61,534 bases of DNA, filler included, from Actinomycetales bacterium (GCA_045807245.1; 5 parts of 5 records of this genome joined end to end with filler, not necessarily neighbours in it); one strand, 5' to 3'; shown: positions 48,468 to 58,867, counted from the first letter of the whole stretch. The notes: generated by a model from the letters alone, not told the origin. Made by a program: numbers and translations.

Positions 48468-49467
48468 CGTCACCACCCCGACGCAGGACGATCTCCCCGG
48501 ACGACTCGAGCGTGCGGATGATCTGTACGACGGCGGCCTGGGCCTCCTGCACCGCGGACAGGCGCTGCGGGCCGAGCAGGTCGATCTCCTCGAGCAGGTT
48601 CTCGCGGGCGCGCTCGGAGACGTTGCCGAGCACCTTGTCGCGAACGGTGTCGGAGACGCCCTTGAGGGCGACGGCCAGGACCGCGTTGTCGACCTGGCGC
48701 AGGACGAGCTGAACGCCCTTGTCCTCCAGCGTGACGATGTCGTCGAAGACGAAGAGGCGGCTGCGGATCTCTTCGGCGAGGGCCGGGTCCTGCTGCTCCA
48801 GGCTCTCCAGGATGGTGCGCTCGGTCGCGGGGTCGGCGCGGTTGATGATGTCGACCAGCGGCTGGACACCACCGACGCGGGCGCTCGCACTGCTCGGCTG
48901 CAACAGCGACGACGCCCGGCGGCGCAGGACGTCCGCGACCAGGCGGACCCGGTCGGGCGCGGCGCTCTCCATGGCGCCGATGCGCTGGGCCACCGCGACC
49001 TGGGTCTGGGAGTCCAGGCCGGACAGGATGGCGGATGCCTGGTCGGTGCGCACGTAAGCCAACACGAGGGCGATGGTCTGCGGGTGCTCGTCCGCGAGGA
49101 ACGTGAGCAGCAGCTTGGGGTCGGCCTCGGCCAGGAACGCGAACGGCTGGCTGATGCTGGCCTCGGCCAGGCGGCCGAGGATCTGCGACGCGTGGTCGCG
49201 GCCCATCGAGGCCTCGAGGATGCTCTGCGCCGCACCGACACCGCCGACTGCGGCCGGGCCACTGCCGAGCATGCCCTGGGCCTCGCTGAGCACCAGCTCG
49301 GCCGTGTCCGAGTCGACTGACCGGAGCCGGACGATCTCGGTGGTGATCTCCTCGACCTCGCTGGGCGAGAGCCGGTTCATGACCTGGGCAGCGCCTTCGC
49401 GGCCGAGCTGCAGGAGCAGCACGGCCGCCTTGCGCGGTCCGGTGATGGACGGGTCGGCGGACGGCAC
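48451..49467 (-). CDS. fliG: Flagellar motor switch protein FliG
   Basis: KAAVLLLQLG, EHPQTIALVL, LFVFDDI, ALKG, SERA. Confidence 0.96.
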   Translation of the reverse strand: MPSADPSITGPRKAAVLLLQLGREGAAQVMNRLSPSEVEEITTEIVRLRSVDSDTAELVLSEAQGMLGSGPAAVGGVGAAQSILEASMGRDHASQILGRLAEASISQPFAFLAEADPKLLLTFLADEHPQTIALVLAYVRTDQASAILSGLDSQTQVAVAQRIGAMESAAPDRVRLVADVLRRRASSLLQPSSASARVGGVQPLVDIINRADPATERTILESLEQQDPALAEEIRSRLFVFDDIVTLEDKGVQLVLRQVDNAVLAVALKGVSDTVRDKVLGNVSERARENLLEEIDLLGPQRLSAVQEAQAAVVQIIRTLESSGEIVLRRGGDDEFVD

Positions 49468-49469
49468 CG

Positions 49470-49742
49470 TCAGCCCCTCCGATCGGCGAGCCAGCCGCGG
49501 AGCAGCTCAGCGACCTCGTCGGGCTGACGCTCGACGAGCGCGTGCACTGCCTGGCGGCGCTCGGCCAGCTCTGCGGTCGCGCCGCCGAGCTCGGGACCGG
49601 CCGGCAGGGCGTGGCTCACCGCGCCGACACCGGCGCCGGCACCGATCGCGGCCGGCATCCGCTGCGCGTTCTCGAACATCTCCAGCTCGAGCAGCTCGCG
49701 CTCGGTCGTGGGCCGCTTGCGGCTCATGATGAACGCGGCACC
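49470..49742 (-). CDS. fliF: Flagellar MS-ring protein FliF, C-terminus only
   Basis: LVERQPDEVAELLRGWL immediately upstream of fliG. Confidence 0.85.
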   Translation of the reverse strand, partial: GAAFIMSRKRPTTERELLELEMFENAQRMPAAIGAGAGVGAVSHALPAGPELGGATAELAERRQAVHALVERQPDEVAELLRGWLADRRG

Positions 49743-49842
49743 NNNNNNNNNNNNNNNNNNNNNNNNNNNNNNNNNNNNNNNNNNNNTTAATTAATTAANN
49801 NNNNNNNNNNNNNNNNNNNNNNNNNNNNNNNNNNNNNNNNNN
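49743..49842. other. Artificial contig linker
   Basis: N44-TTAATTAATTAA-N44. Confidence 0.98.
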
Positions 49843-49930
49843 AGGCGACGAAGGTCAGCGGACCGGGCGCGGCGACCTGCACGACCGCGCCGGCGAGCGC
49901 CAGGAGGGCCGTCCGTCCGGTCAGCGCCAT
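49843..49930 (-). CDS. N-terminus of a probable DUF58 protein (truncated)
   Basis: MALTGRTALLALAG directly after moxR, the usual DUF58 position. Confidence 0.6.
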
Positions 49931-49941
49931 GTCGCGACCCC

Positions 49942-50919
49942 TCAGCGCGGGACCGGGACGGTCGCCAGGACGCTGTCGAGGACCGACTCGACGGTCACGC
50001 CCTCCAGCTCGGCCTCCGGCCGCAGGCTGAGCCGGTGCCGCAAGGTGGGGCGGGCGAGGGCCTTGACGTCGTCCGGCGTGACGAAGTCCCGGCTGCACAG
50101 CCAGGCCCACGCCCTGCTGGTGGCGAGCAGAGCGGTCGACCCGCGCGGGCTGACTCCGAGGGCGAGCGAGGGGGAGGTACGGGTTGCGCGCGCGATGTCG
50201 ACGACGTAGGCCAGGACGTCAGGGTGCACCTGCACCCGGCGCACGCTGGCGCTGGCAGCGGCGAGCTCGGCCGCCCCCGCCACGGCCGTGACGCCGGCCG
50301 CCGCGAGGTCCTGCGGGTCGAAGCCCGCGGCGTGCCGCGCCAGCACCTCGACCTCGTCCTCGCGAGGGGGCAGGGGCAGGGTCAGCTTGAGCAGGAAGCG
50401 GTCGAGCTGGGCCTCGGGCAGGGGGTACGTCCCCTCGTACTCGACCGGGTTCTGGGTGGCCGCGACCATGAACGGGTCCGGCAGCTCCCTCGGCCGCCCG
50501 TCCACGCTGACCTGGCGCTCCTGCATGGCTTCGAGCAGCGAGGCCTGCGTCTTGGGCGGTGTGCGGTTGATCTCGTCGGCCAGCAGGAGGTTGGTGAACA
50601 CGGGGCCTTCGCGGAACGAGAACTCGGCCGTGCGCGCGTCGTACACCAGCGAGCCGGTCACGTCGCCCGGCATGAGGTCCGGCGTGAACTGCACCCTGGT
50701 CGTCTCCAGCGAGAGCGCGGCCGACAGGGCGCGCACCAGCAACGTCTTGGCGACTCCGGGCACGCCCTCCAGGAGGACGTGGCCGCGGGCCAGCAGCGCG
50801 ATCACCAGACCGGTCACCGCGGCGTCCTGGCCGACGACGGCCTTCGCCACCTCGGTGCGGACGGCCAGCAGGGCCTGCCGCACGGTGTCGGTATCCGGGT
50901 CGCTGTTGGTCTCGGTCAC
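49942..50919 (-). CDS. moxR: MoxR family AAA+ ATPase
   Basis: GHVLLEGVPGVAKT, QFTPDLMP.D, DEINR, ATQNPVE, LDRF. Confidence 0.95.
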   Translation of the reverse strand: MTETNSDPDTDTVRQALLAVRTEVAKAVVGQDAAVTGLVIALLARGHVLLEGVPGVAKTLLVRALSAALSLETTRVQFTPDLMPGDVTGSLVYDARTAEFSFREGPVFTNLLLADEINRTPPKTQASLLEAMQERQVSVDGRPRELPDPFMVAATQNPVEYEGTYPLPEAQLDRFLLKLTLPLPPREDEVEVLARHAAGFDPQDLAAAGVTAVAGAAELAAASASVRRVQVHPDVLAYVVDIARATRTSPSLALGVSPRGSTALLATSRAWAWLCSRDFVTPDDVKALARPTLRHRLSLRPEAELEGVTVESVLDSVLATVPVPR

Positions 50920-52109
50920 GGTCGGCGTACCTCTCTGTCCAGCTGGTCGAGCCTCTGGGCCAGGCGGACCAGCCCGGCGTCGTCGGAGGGTGGCGGCCCG
51001 GAGAGCAGCGCGGTGACGTCCGCAGCCGGGACCCCCGTCCGGGCTGCGACCACGGCCGCGGTCTCGCTCGGTGTCGCCCCGCGCGGCAGGCCGGTCCGCT
51101 GACGGAGCCGGGCCAGCGCCGACGCCCGCAGCGTAGCCGCGGCGCGGCCGTGCGCCCGCGAGCGCCGGTACATCCGGGCCCGGCCCTCCGTGGTCTCCAC
51201 GGCCCGCACCAGGACCGGCAACGGCTCCGGCACCAGCCGGCCGAGCCGCCGCCCACGCCACAGCATGCAGACGGCGACGACGAGGAAGAGCTGCAGCACC
51301 ACCCAGCCGACCCAGCGGGGCAGCAGCGACCGCAGCGACTCCTGGCCCTCCGTCGGGCCGCCCTGCGCACCGGGTACGAACCAGATCACCCGGTCGCTGC
51401 CGGCCAGCGTCCCGACCGCGAGGGCGGCGTTGCCCTCCTGGGCCAGGTGGGCGTTGGTCAGCACGCGCGGCTGACCGATCACGACGGTCGTGCGCGGGCC
51501 GGACTGCACGACGTACGACGGGTGGCCACCGACGCGATAGCAGCCGGTCGCCGGCGGGCCTGAGTCCACGGCGTAGGTGAACCCACCCGCGTCGGCCCGG
51601 CCGGCTGCCTGCGCGGCCGGTATGTCACACCCCGGCGCCGTCACCCGGGTTGCGGCCGGCCCGACCTCCCGCACCCCGGTGGCCAGGGCGTCGAGCTGGC
51701 GCTGCGTCGGTGTCACGAGCACCAGGGCGCCGCCGCCGGGTCGCAGGTGGCGCAGCGCGTCGACGTCGCCGTCACCGAGCAGGCCGGTCTGGCTCACGAC
51801 GACCGTCGCCGAGGCGTCGGCGGTGTTCGCGTCGGCCAGCTCGGCATCGCTGCGCACGATCTGCACCGGCACGCCATGGCCGTCGACGACCCGGGCCAGC
51901 GCGCGGGCGCCGTCGGGGCCGGTGCCCTCGGGGTCGAGCGCGATGCCGTTCCCCCGCCCGCTGACCAGGTAGGTGAGGACCACCGCGACGAGCACCAGGG
52001 CGACGATGGCCAGCGGCCAGCCGGCCCGGCGTACTCGTCCGGTCAGAGTGCCCGGCCGGCCGGCTCGGGGCGCGGCAACGGGCGGTGGGGCGGTGGTCGT
52101 GAGCGTCAC
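50916..52109 (-). CDS. DUF4350 domain membrane protein
   Basis: LDP....DGARAL, WRGRRLG.LV.EPLPV.VRA.ET.EGRA. Confidence 0.85.
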   Translation of the reverse strand: MTLTTTAPPPVAAPRAGRPGTLTGRVRRAGWPLAIVALVLVAVVLTYLVSGRGNGIALDPEGTGPDGARALARVVDGHGVPVQIVRSDAELADANTADASATVVVSQTGLLGDGDVDALRHLRPGGGALVLVTPTQRQLDALATGVREVGPAATRVTAPGCDIPAAQAAGRADAGGFTYAVDSGPPATGCYRVGGHPSYVVQSGPRTTVVIGQPRVLTNAHLAQEGNAALAVGTLAGSDRVIWFVPGAQGGPTEGQESLRSLLPRWVGWVVLQLFLVVAVCMLWRGRRLGRLVPEPLPVLVRAVETTEGRARMYRRSRAHGRAAATLRASALARLRQRTGLPRGATPSETAAVVAARTGVPAADVTALLSGPPPSDDAGLVRLAQRLDQLDREVRRP

Positions 52110-52726
52110 GGCACACCGGCCAGACCGCGGACCGGCTGGGCGGACTCGACCGCCAGGTCCAGCCCGCGCATCCGCTCCGCATCCTGGGCCCGACCGGGCC
52201 GCGAGCCGTAGGACACGGCGTCGAACATCGCTGCGGCCCAGGCCAGCTCGCCGCTCAATCCCGGCAACAGGCGGGCCGCCTCGGCGGCCAGCTCGTCGGC
52301 GGTGCGGCCCGGGCGTGGGTCCAGCAGGCCGCGCTCGTCCAGCCGGCGCGCGATCGCGCGCAGCCACTCGCGGACGGCCTCGTCGTAACGCCCCTCGGCC
52401 ATCGCCCGGGCGGCCCGCCGTCGGTGCTCCTCGCCGGAGAGCTCGGTCAGCCCGAACACAGCCGGCGCCGCCTGGGCCGCAGCGACGCGCAGCCGTACGT
52501 TGCGCCGCAGCAGCAGCCCGATCGCGACGGCGGCGACAACGGCGAACAGCACGAGGGCAAGCAGCTGTCCGGCGCCCAGGCCCGTGCCGTGGGCGACCCG
52601 TTCGAGCTGGTCGCCGAGCCACTGGACCAGGCGCTGGAACCAGCCCGGCCGGTCCCGCGCGTACTCCGGGCGGGCCAGCTCCTCCTGCGCCCACCGCCGG
52701 GCCTGGCCGCGGTCCGGATCGATCAC
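52106..52726 (-). CDS. DUF4129 domain protein
   Basis: EELARPEY, PGRTADE, FDAVSYG. Confidence 0.85.
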   Translation of the reverse strand: MIDPDRGQARRWAQEELARPEYARDRPGWFQRLVQWLGDQLERVAHGTGLGAGQLLALVLFAVVAAVAIGLLLRRNVRLRVAAAQAAPAVFGLTELSGEEHRRRAARAMAEGRYDEAVREWLRAIARRLDERGLLDPRPGRTADELAAEAARLLPGLSGELAWAAAMFDAVSYGSRPGRAQDAERMRGLDLAVESAQPVRGLAGVP

Positions 52727-53793
52727 GGGCTCGTTGCCGCGGCCTGCTGCAGCCGCACGTCCAGGCCCTCGCGACGCATCCGCAGGTCGATGTAGAGCAG
52801 GGCCAGGATGGCCGCGGAGAACGGCGCGACGAGGGTGCGGGCGATGACGCTGGCCACGATGGTCAGCGCGACGACAACGGCCTTGGTGCCGTCGCTGTCG
52901 ACGACGGTGGCCAGGATGAGGAACGGCACCTGCAGCACGCCGCTGAGCACCGAGCCGAGCAGCTGGGCGAGCAGCCAGATGCCGAAGCAGCGCCACCACG
53001 AACCGCCGACGAGCCGCCACGAACGGCGCATCGAGGCGATCACACCGGTCCGCTCGAGCAGCACGGTCGGCGGCGCGAACAGGAACCGGATCGCGATCCA
53101 GAAGCAGAGCACCAGAGCCGCGATCGCGCCGAGCACGATCAGCAGGACACCGCCCACGTCACTGCCGGCCACAGCGACCAGCACACCGGGCAGCACGCAG
53201 GCCACCGCGACCCCCAGCACGGCGAGCAGCACCAGTACGGTCACGCCGAGCAAGGCCCACAGGCGGCCGCGTGCCCGGCTCCAGACCTCGCCGATGCCGG
53301 GACGCCGCCCGAGCACGGCGTCGCTCACCGCGATGACGAGCAGTCCGGTGAGCAGCGTCGTACCGACGAACTGGAGCAGTCCGGCGACCGCGGAAGCGAC
53401 CAGCTGGCTGACGTCGACCTCGGCCTGGCCGGAGGAGCTGTCGAAGGAGCTGAGACCGCCGAACGCCGTGCTGAGGTTTCCGATCTGGACGACGACGACG
53501 ACCAGGGTGAGCACGACGTTGACCACGGCGGACAGGCCGAGCATGACGGCCGGGTTCTGCCGGATGGTCTGGACCGCGCCGTCGAGAATCTCGCCCAGCC
53601 CGAGCGGGCGCAGCGGGATGACACCGGGCTTGGGCGGTGGCGGGACGGTGTACGCCGGCTGCCCGTACCCCCACTGCGGGCTCGGCTGACCCCACTGCGG
53701 GTTCAGCTGCTGCGGGTTCGGCTGCGGGGGCGGCGGAGTCGGCTCACCAGCGGAGGGTGAGGCCCACCCGTCCGGTGGGATCTGGCTCATCAC
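52723..53793 (-). CDS. Pro-rich N-terminus multi-TM membrane protein of the MoxR operon
   Basis: KPGVIPLRPL.LGEILDGA, RSW.LV.GSWWR, LLYIDLRMRREGLD. Confidence 0.85.
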   Translation of the reverse strand: MMSQIPPDGWASPSAGEPTPPPPQPNPQQLNPQWGQPSPQWGYGQPAYTVPPPPKPGVIPLRPLGLGEILDGAVQTIRQNPAVMLGLSAVVNVVLTLVVVVVQIGNLSTAFGGLSSFDSSSGQAEVDVSQLVASAVAGLLQFVGTTLLTGLLVIAVSDAVLGRRPGIGEVWSRARGRLWALLGVTVLVLLAVLGVAVACVLPGVLVAVAGSDVGGVLLIVLGAIAALVLCFWIAIRFLFAPPTVLLERTGVIASMRRSWRLVGGSWWRCFGIWLLAQLLGSVLSGVLQVPFLILATVVDSDGTKAVVVALTIVASVIARTLVAPFSAAILALLYIDLRMRREGLDVRLQQAAATSP

Positions 53794-53918
53794 ACCCCCA
53801 ACGTGGCCGAACGACCATCGTGCCAGAGGACCGGCAATCAGCCGGCCCGGGCGCGACGCCGTGTCACGATGACCCTGTCAGCCCACCGGTGGGGGCGACG
53901 GAGCTCAGGAGGCATGGG

Positions 53919-54596
53919 ATGAGAGGTCGGGTGCTCGTGGTCGACGACGACCAGGCGCTCGCGGAGATGCTCGGCATCGTGCTGCGTGGTGAGGGCTACG
54001 AGCCCATCCACTGCGCGGACGGGGAAGCGGCCCTCGAGATCTTCCGTACGACGCAGCCGGACCTGGTCCTGCTCGACGTCATGCTGCCCGGCGTCGACGG
54101 CATCGAGGTGTGCCGGCGCCTGCGCGCGGAGTCCGGCGTACCCATCGTCATGCTGACCGCGAAGACGGACACCATCGACGTCGTGGTCGGCCTGGAGTCG
54201 GGGGCCGACGACTACGTGATGAAGCCGTTCAAGCCGCAGGAGCTGGTCGCCCGGATCCGGGCCCGGCTGCGCGGTGGTGGTGAGCCGACACCGGAGAAGC
54301 TCGAGATCGGCGACCTGTCCATCGACGTCGCGGGGCACTCGGTCCGGCGCGACGGAGCCCTCATCAACCTGACCCCGCTGGAGTTCGACCTGCTGGTGGC
54401 CCTGGCCCGCAAGCCGTGGCAGGTCTTCTCCCGCGAGGTGCTGCTCGAGCAGGTCTGGGGCTACCGGCACGCGGGGGACACCCGGCTGGTCAACGTCCAC
54501 GTCCAGCGGCTGCGGTCCAAGATCGAGCGCGACCCCGAGCACCCGGAGGTCGTCGTGACCGTGCGCGGCGTCGGGTACAAGGCGGGGCCGGCGTAG
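53919..54596 (+). CDS. mtrA: Response regulator MtrA
   Basis: LAEMLGIVLRGEG, LARKPWQVF.REVLLEQVWGYRH..DTRLVNVHVQRLRSK. Confidence 0.96.
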   Translation: MRGRVLVVDDDQALAEMLGIVLRGEGYEPIHCADGEAALEIFRTTQPDLVLLDVMLPGVDGIEVCRRLRAESGVPIVMLTAKTDTIDVVVGLESGADDYVMKPFKPQELVARIRARLRGGGEPTPEKLEIGDLSIDVAGHSVRRDGALINLTPLEFDLLVALARKPWQVFSREVLLEQVWGYRHAGDTRLVNVHVQRLRSKIERDPEHPEVVVTVRGVGYKAGPA

Positions 54597-54598
54597 CC

Positions 54599-56266
54599 AT
54601 GTCCGAGGGGCTCGCCTCCGGCGGGCGGTTCGCCCTGCACCTGTGGCGGCGCTCGCTGCAGCTGCGGGTCGTGACGGCGACGATCCTGCTCGGGGTCATC
54701 GTCGTCACCAGCCTCGGGACCTACCTGTACTACCGGATCACCGACGGCCTGGTGCAGGACCGCGTGCGCGCGACCAGGGCCGAGGCGGCTCGGGCGAGCA
54801 AGGACGCGCAGGACTACTTCAACGCGATCCCCAGCTCCGACGTCAGTCCCGGCCGGCTCAACCTGGCGGCGTCCGACGAGGTGCAGCAGCTGGCCAGCGT
54901 CGAGGACCAGCGCGACGTCGTGCTGCTACGCCAGCGTGCCCAGAAGGGCGAGTCGGTCGTCTCGGACCTGTCCAGCGGCAAGGTCACGCGGGCCATCCCG
55001 GACAACCTGCGCAGTGCCGTCGTCGCGAACCCGCGCCAGCAGCAGTGGCGGTTCGTCTCCCTGCGCTACGAGGGCCGGACCGACCAGGTGCCCGGCGTCG
55101 CCATCGGCTCCGTGGTCCAGATCCCGGGGGCCGGGCAGTACGAGATCTACTTCGTCTTCAGCCTGGCCCGGGAGGCGGCGACGGCCGCGCTCGTGCGTCG
55201 TACCTTCCTGCTCGGCGGTCTCGTCCTGGTCATGCTGGTCGGCGCGGTGGCGTACGTCGTGACCCGCCAGGTGGTCTCGCCGGTACGGCGGGCGGTACTG
55301 GTGGCCGAACGGCTGTCGTCCGGTCGGCTGAACGAGCGGATGACCAGCCGCGGTGAGGACGACCTGGCCCGGCTCGGCGCCTCGTTCAACACCATGGCCG
55401 CCAACCTGCAGGAGCAGATCCGCCGGCTGGAGGAGCTCTCTCGGGTCCAGCAGCGGTTCGTCAGTGACGTTTCGCACGAGCTGCGCACGCCGATGACGAC
55501 GATCCGGATGGCCGGCGAGATCCTGCATGACGCACGGCACGACTTCACGCCGTCGGTGGCCCGGTCGGCGGAGCTGCTGCAGACCCAGCTGGACCGGTTC
55601 GAGTCGCTGCTCGCCGACCTGCTGGAGATCAGCCGGTTCGACGCCGGGGCCGCCGCCCTGGACCTGGAGCCGGTGGACCTGCGCGACGTGGTCAGCCGAG
55701 CGGTCGACTCCTCGCTGCCCTTGGCCGAGCGGCGCGGCAGCCGGGTGAATGTCGAGGGCACCGACCGCCCGCACGTCGCGACGGTCGACCCACGCCGGGT
55801 CGAGCGGATCCTGGTCAACCTCGTGGTGAACGCGATCGAGCACGGCGAGGGCCGGCCGGTCAGCATCCGGTTGGCGTCGTCACCCGCAGCCGTCGCCGTC
55901 GCGGTGGAGGACCGGGGTGTCGGCCTGCGCGACGGCGAGGCGGAGCTGGTGTTCAACCGGTTCTGGCGCGCCGACCCGGCGCGCGCCCGCACCAGCGGGG
56001 GGACCGGACTCGGTCTGGCCATCGCCCTCGAGGACGCGCGGCTGCACGGCGGCTGGCTGCAGGCTCACGGCGAGCCCGGCAAGGGCTCGGTGTTCCGGCT
56101 CACCCTGCCGCGGGAGGCGGGCCGGCTCATCACGGAGTCCCCGATCGAGCTGCGCCCGGGGTCGGCCAGCCAGGTCGGCTCGGCGTACGAGCGGATCCGC
56201 CCGGCCGACCTGCCCACGACGCCGGCCGGCCCAGCGGTCACGTCGCTGCGCGGCACGGATGCCTAG
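54599..56266 (+). CDS. mtrB: Sensor kinase MtrB
   Basis: WRRSLQLRVV, HAMP, FVSDVSHELRTP, RFWRADPARARTSGGTGLGL. Confidence 0.96.
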   Translation: MSEGLASGGRFALHLWRRSLQLRVVTATILLGVIVVTSLGTYLYYRITDGLVQDRVRATRAEAARASKDAQDYFNAIPSSDVSPGRLNLAASDEVQQLASVEDQRDVVLLRQRAQKGESVVSDLSSGKVTRAIPDNLRSAVVANPRQQQWRFVSLRYEGRTDQVPGVAIGSVVQIPGAGQYEIYFVFSLAREAATAALVRRTFLLGGLVLVMLVGAVAYVVTRQVVSPVRRAVLVAERLSSGRLNERMTSRGEDDLARLGASFNTMAANLQEQIRRLEELSRVQQRFVSDVSHELRTPMTTIRMAGEILHDARHDFTPSVARSAELLQTQLDRFESLLADLLEISRFDAGAAALDLEPVDLRDVVSRAVDSSLPLAERRGSRVNVEGTDRPHVATVDPRRVERILVNLVVNAIEHGEGRPVSIRLASSPAAVAVAVEDRGVGLRDGEAELVFNRFWRADPARARTSGGTGLGLAIALEDARLHGGWLQAHGEPGKGSVFRLTLPREAGRLITESPIELRPGSASQVGSAYERIRPADLPTTPAGPAVTSLRGTDA

Positions 56267-58028
56267 GCCGGGTCGGCTCACCGGTCCGGCTCGGCTCGCC
56301 GGAGCCCTCGTCGCGCTGAGCCTCGCGGCCGCGGCGTGCGGCGGCATTCCCGACTCCGGCCCGGTCCATGCCGGTGCCCAGCTGGACGGGCCGCCACCGG
56401 TCCGCGTCCTGGCGGCCCCACCGGTGCCCGGCGCCAGCCCGGACGACATCGTCCGCGGGTTCCTGCGCGCGCAGCCGGGCCTGGACGACGACGCCGCGGT
56501 CGCCCGCTCGTACCTCACCGCCGACGCGGCCCGCAGCTGGGCCAGCCAGCCACGGGTCGTCGTCTACCCGGACGAGTCGGCCCTGCACGTCATCGCGGGC
56601 CCGAACGGGACCTACACCGTGACCGCGACACAGCTGGCGACGGTGACCGCGAACGGCGTCTACACCGAGGCCGGGCCGAAAGTGACAGCGCGCCTGCGGC
56701 TGCATCTGGTGCGGGCGGACGGGCAGTGGCGGATCAGCTCGATGGACGACGCGCAGTCGCGCTGGCTGACCAGCTTCGACCTGGACCGCGTCTACGCGCA
56801 GGTGCCGCTGTACTACGGCGAGCCCGGGTCGCGGGTGCTCGTCCCGGACCTGCGATGGTTCCCGGCGACGTCGGGACTGGCGACGGTCGTCGCGCGCGCC
56901 CAGCTGGAGCCGCCGCCGCCGTACCTGCGGCAGGCCGTGACGACCGGCGCGCTGTCCGGGACGGCGCTGGCTGTCGGGAGCGTCCCGACGGCCGGCAACG
57001 TCGCGAGCATCGACCTCACCGCATCCGCGCGCCAGCTCAGCTCGGCCGAGCGCACGCTGCTGTGGGGACAGCTCGCCGCGGCCGTCACCCAGGTGCCCGG
57101 TGTGGACTCCGTGCGCGTCCTGGCCGGCGACAAGCTGCTCGACCTGCCCGGCCAGTCCGTGACGACAGGTACGACGTCGGGCGCTCTGGGCTTCTCGGTG
57201 GACTCGCCGCCGAGCGCGAGCGCCGTCGTCATGGCGACGTCCGCCGGCCAGGCCGTGCTTACCCAGCTCGCGGCCTCGTCAGCGGCGACAGCAGGCGCGA
57301 CCAAGGCCAGCCTGCCCTCGTTCTCCGTGCCGCTGCGCTCGCTGGCCCGCTCCTCCGACGGCCGGGAGTTCGCCGGGGTGGACCAGAGTGGCCACCTGCT
57401 GCTGCGCATCGTGGACGGGCGGACCACGACGGCGCTCGACGTGCCGGCCGGGCTGAGCGCACCGTCGTACGACTTCCGCCGCTGGCTCTGGACGGCGGCG
57501 TCGGCTGCCGGCTCACCGACCCGCGTGTACGCCGTCCTGGCCACTCCCGGCGCCCGCGAGGTGGTGGCCGCGACTCCCCTGGCGGCCTGGCTCGACGACC
57601 GGCTCGTCACGGCGGTGCAGATCTCGCGCGACGGGGCGCGGGCGCTCGTCGTGTCGACCGGCAAGGGTGGCTGGCGGCTCGACATCGCGGGCGTCCAACG
57701 GGACGCGCGCGGGCGGCCGCTCGCGCTGACCGCACCATTGCGCGTCGGCCTGGGCCTCAGTGACGTCGCCGACGCGACGTGGGTCGACTCCACATCGGTC
57801 GCGGTCCTCGCCCGGCTGTCCTCGGACAAGGCCGCGGCGCCGTACCTGGTGACGGTCGGCGCCGGTGTCATCCCCCTGCCCGGTCTCGTGGGTGGCGTAC
57901 GGATTGCGGCCGGCGCCGGAGCGGACACCATCACGGTCGTCACCTCGCGTGGGGAGGTCCTGGCCCGGGGCGGCGCCAGCGGCTGGGTCACCATCGGGCA
58001 CGGGCTGGACGTCGCGTTCCCCGGCTGA
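56259..58028 (+). CDS. lpqB: Lipoprotein LpqB
   Basis: Lipobox AAAC-GGIPDSGPV; LVPDLRW GerMN region; beta-propeller; follows mtrB. Confidence 0.92.
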   Translation: MPRPGRLTGPARLAGALVALSLAAAACGGIPDSGPVHAGAQLDGPPPVRVLAAPPVPGASPDDIVRGFLRAQPGLDDDAAVARSYLTADAARSWASQPRVVVYPDESALHVIAGPNGTYTVTATQLATVTANGVYTEAGPKVTARLRLHLVRADGQWRISSMDDAQSRWLTSFDLDRVYAQVPLYYGEPGSRVLVPDLRWFPATSGLATVVARAQLEPPPPYLRQAVTTGALSGTALAVGSVPTAGNVASIDLTASARQLSSAERTLLWGQLAAAVTQVPGVDSVRVLAGDKLLDLPGQSVTTGTTSGALGFSVDSPPSASAVVMATSAGQAVLTQLAASSAATAGATKASLPSFSVPLRSLARSSDGREFAGVDQSGHLLLRIVDGRTTTALDVPAGLSAPSYDFRRWLWTAASAAGSPTRVYAVLATPGAREVVAATPLAAWLDDRLVTAVQISRDGARALVVSTGKGGWRLDIAGVQRDARGRPLALTAPLRVGLGLSDVADATWVDSTSVAVLARLSSDKAAAPYLVTVGAGVIPLPGLVGGVRIAAGAGADTITVVTSRGEVLARGGASGWVTIGHGLDVAFPG

Positions 58029-58114
58029 GTGCCTGCGCTCCGCGAGGCGGCACCGTCCACAGGTGAGCTGCCGGCGTTCGGCGTCGGGCGGAGCTGGGGC
58101 CCAGGCTGGGCGAC

Positions 58115-58831
58115 ATGCCTGGGCTGATCGCCGCGGTGCTGGACCTGGTCTGGCCGCTCGCCTGCGGCGGCTGTGAGCGTCCGGGCGCCCGGTGGTGTCG
58201 CGACTGTGCCGCCCTGCTCGGGGGACCGGCTGCCCCCGCCCGGCCGACGCCCAGCCCGCCCGGCCTGCCGCCCGTGTGGGCGGTGACGGCGTACGACGGC
58301 CCGGTCCGGCGGGCCGTCATCTCGTGGAAGGACGAGGGCCGGCACGACCTCACCGGGCCGTTTGCCGCGGGGCTCAGGTCGTCGCTGACCGCAGCGCTCG
58401 AGCACCATCGCCCCGCGACGCCGATCTGGGTCGTCCCGATGCCCTCGCGCGGCCGGGCCCGCCGCGACCGGGGAGCGGACCCGGTCCGTGAGCTCGCCCA
58501 GCGGGCGGTCGCGTCCGTCCGGCGCGCCGGCTGGGAGCTGCGCGTCGTACCGGCGCTGCGGCATCGCCGTGCGGTGGCCGACCAGTCCGGGCTCGATGCG
58601 GCCGGCCGGGCCGCCAACCTGGCTGGTGCGCTGGAGGTGCGTCCGACGCTGCGGGACCGAGCGGCCGGTGCCGCCTGCGTGTTGGTCGACGACGTGGTCA
58701 CGACCGGCGCGACATTGGCCGAGGGAGCGGCGGCGCTGCGGCGCGTCGGTGCCGATCCGGCCGGGGCGGCCGTGCTGGCGGCGACGCAGCGTACGGCGCG
58801 ACGTACCCGAACGGCGTACGGGGTCAGGTGA
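58115..58831 (+). CDS. comF: ComF family protein
   Basis: CGGC...CRDC Zn finger; LVDDVVTTGATL PRT motif. Confidence 0.93.
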   Translation: MPGLIAAVLDLVWPLACGGCERPGARWCRDCAALLGGPAAPARPTPSPPGLPPVWAVTAYDGPVRRAVISWKDEGRHDLTGPFAAGLRSSLTAALEHHRPATPIWVVPMPSRGRARRDRGADPVRELAQRAVASVRRAGWELRVVPALRHRRAVADQSGLDAAGRAANLAGALEVRPTLRDRAAGAACVLVDDVVTTGATLAEGAAALRRVGADPAGAAVLAATQRTARRTRTAYGVR

Positions 58832-58867
58832 CGAACCTGCGCGAGGGGACTAGCGTCGGTGGATGGT

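Noticed and set aside
46543..49742. Non-flagellar type III secretion system
   Set aside because: Full-length FliG and the fliF-G-H-I-J-K order indicate a flagellum.
25739..49842. Four recurring TTAATTAATTAA motifs within N runs
   Set aside because: Identical 100-nt synthetic contig linkers, not biological; synteny across them (e.g. neu-fli) cannot be assumed.
53640..53735. Short tandem repeats (also at 44360-44400 in fliK)
   Set aside because: They encode Pro/Gln- or Pro/Ala-rich low-complexity linkers; not CRISPR, as there are no unique spacers or cas genes.
53876..53917. TGTCAGC upstream of mtrA (and another at ~37749) as extra repeat copies
   Set aside because: No GCTGACA partner at 28-nt spacing.
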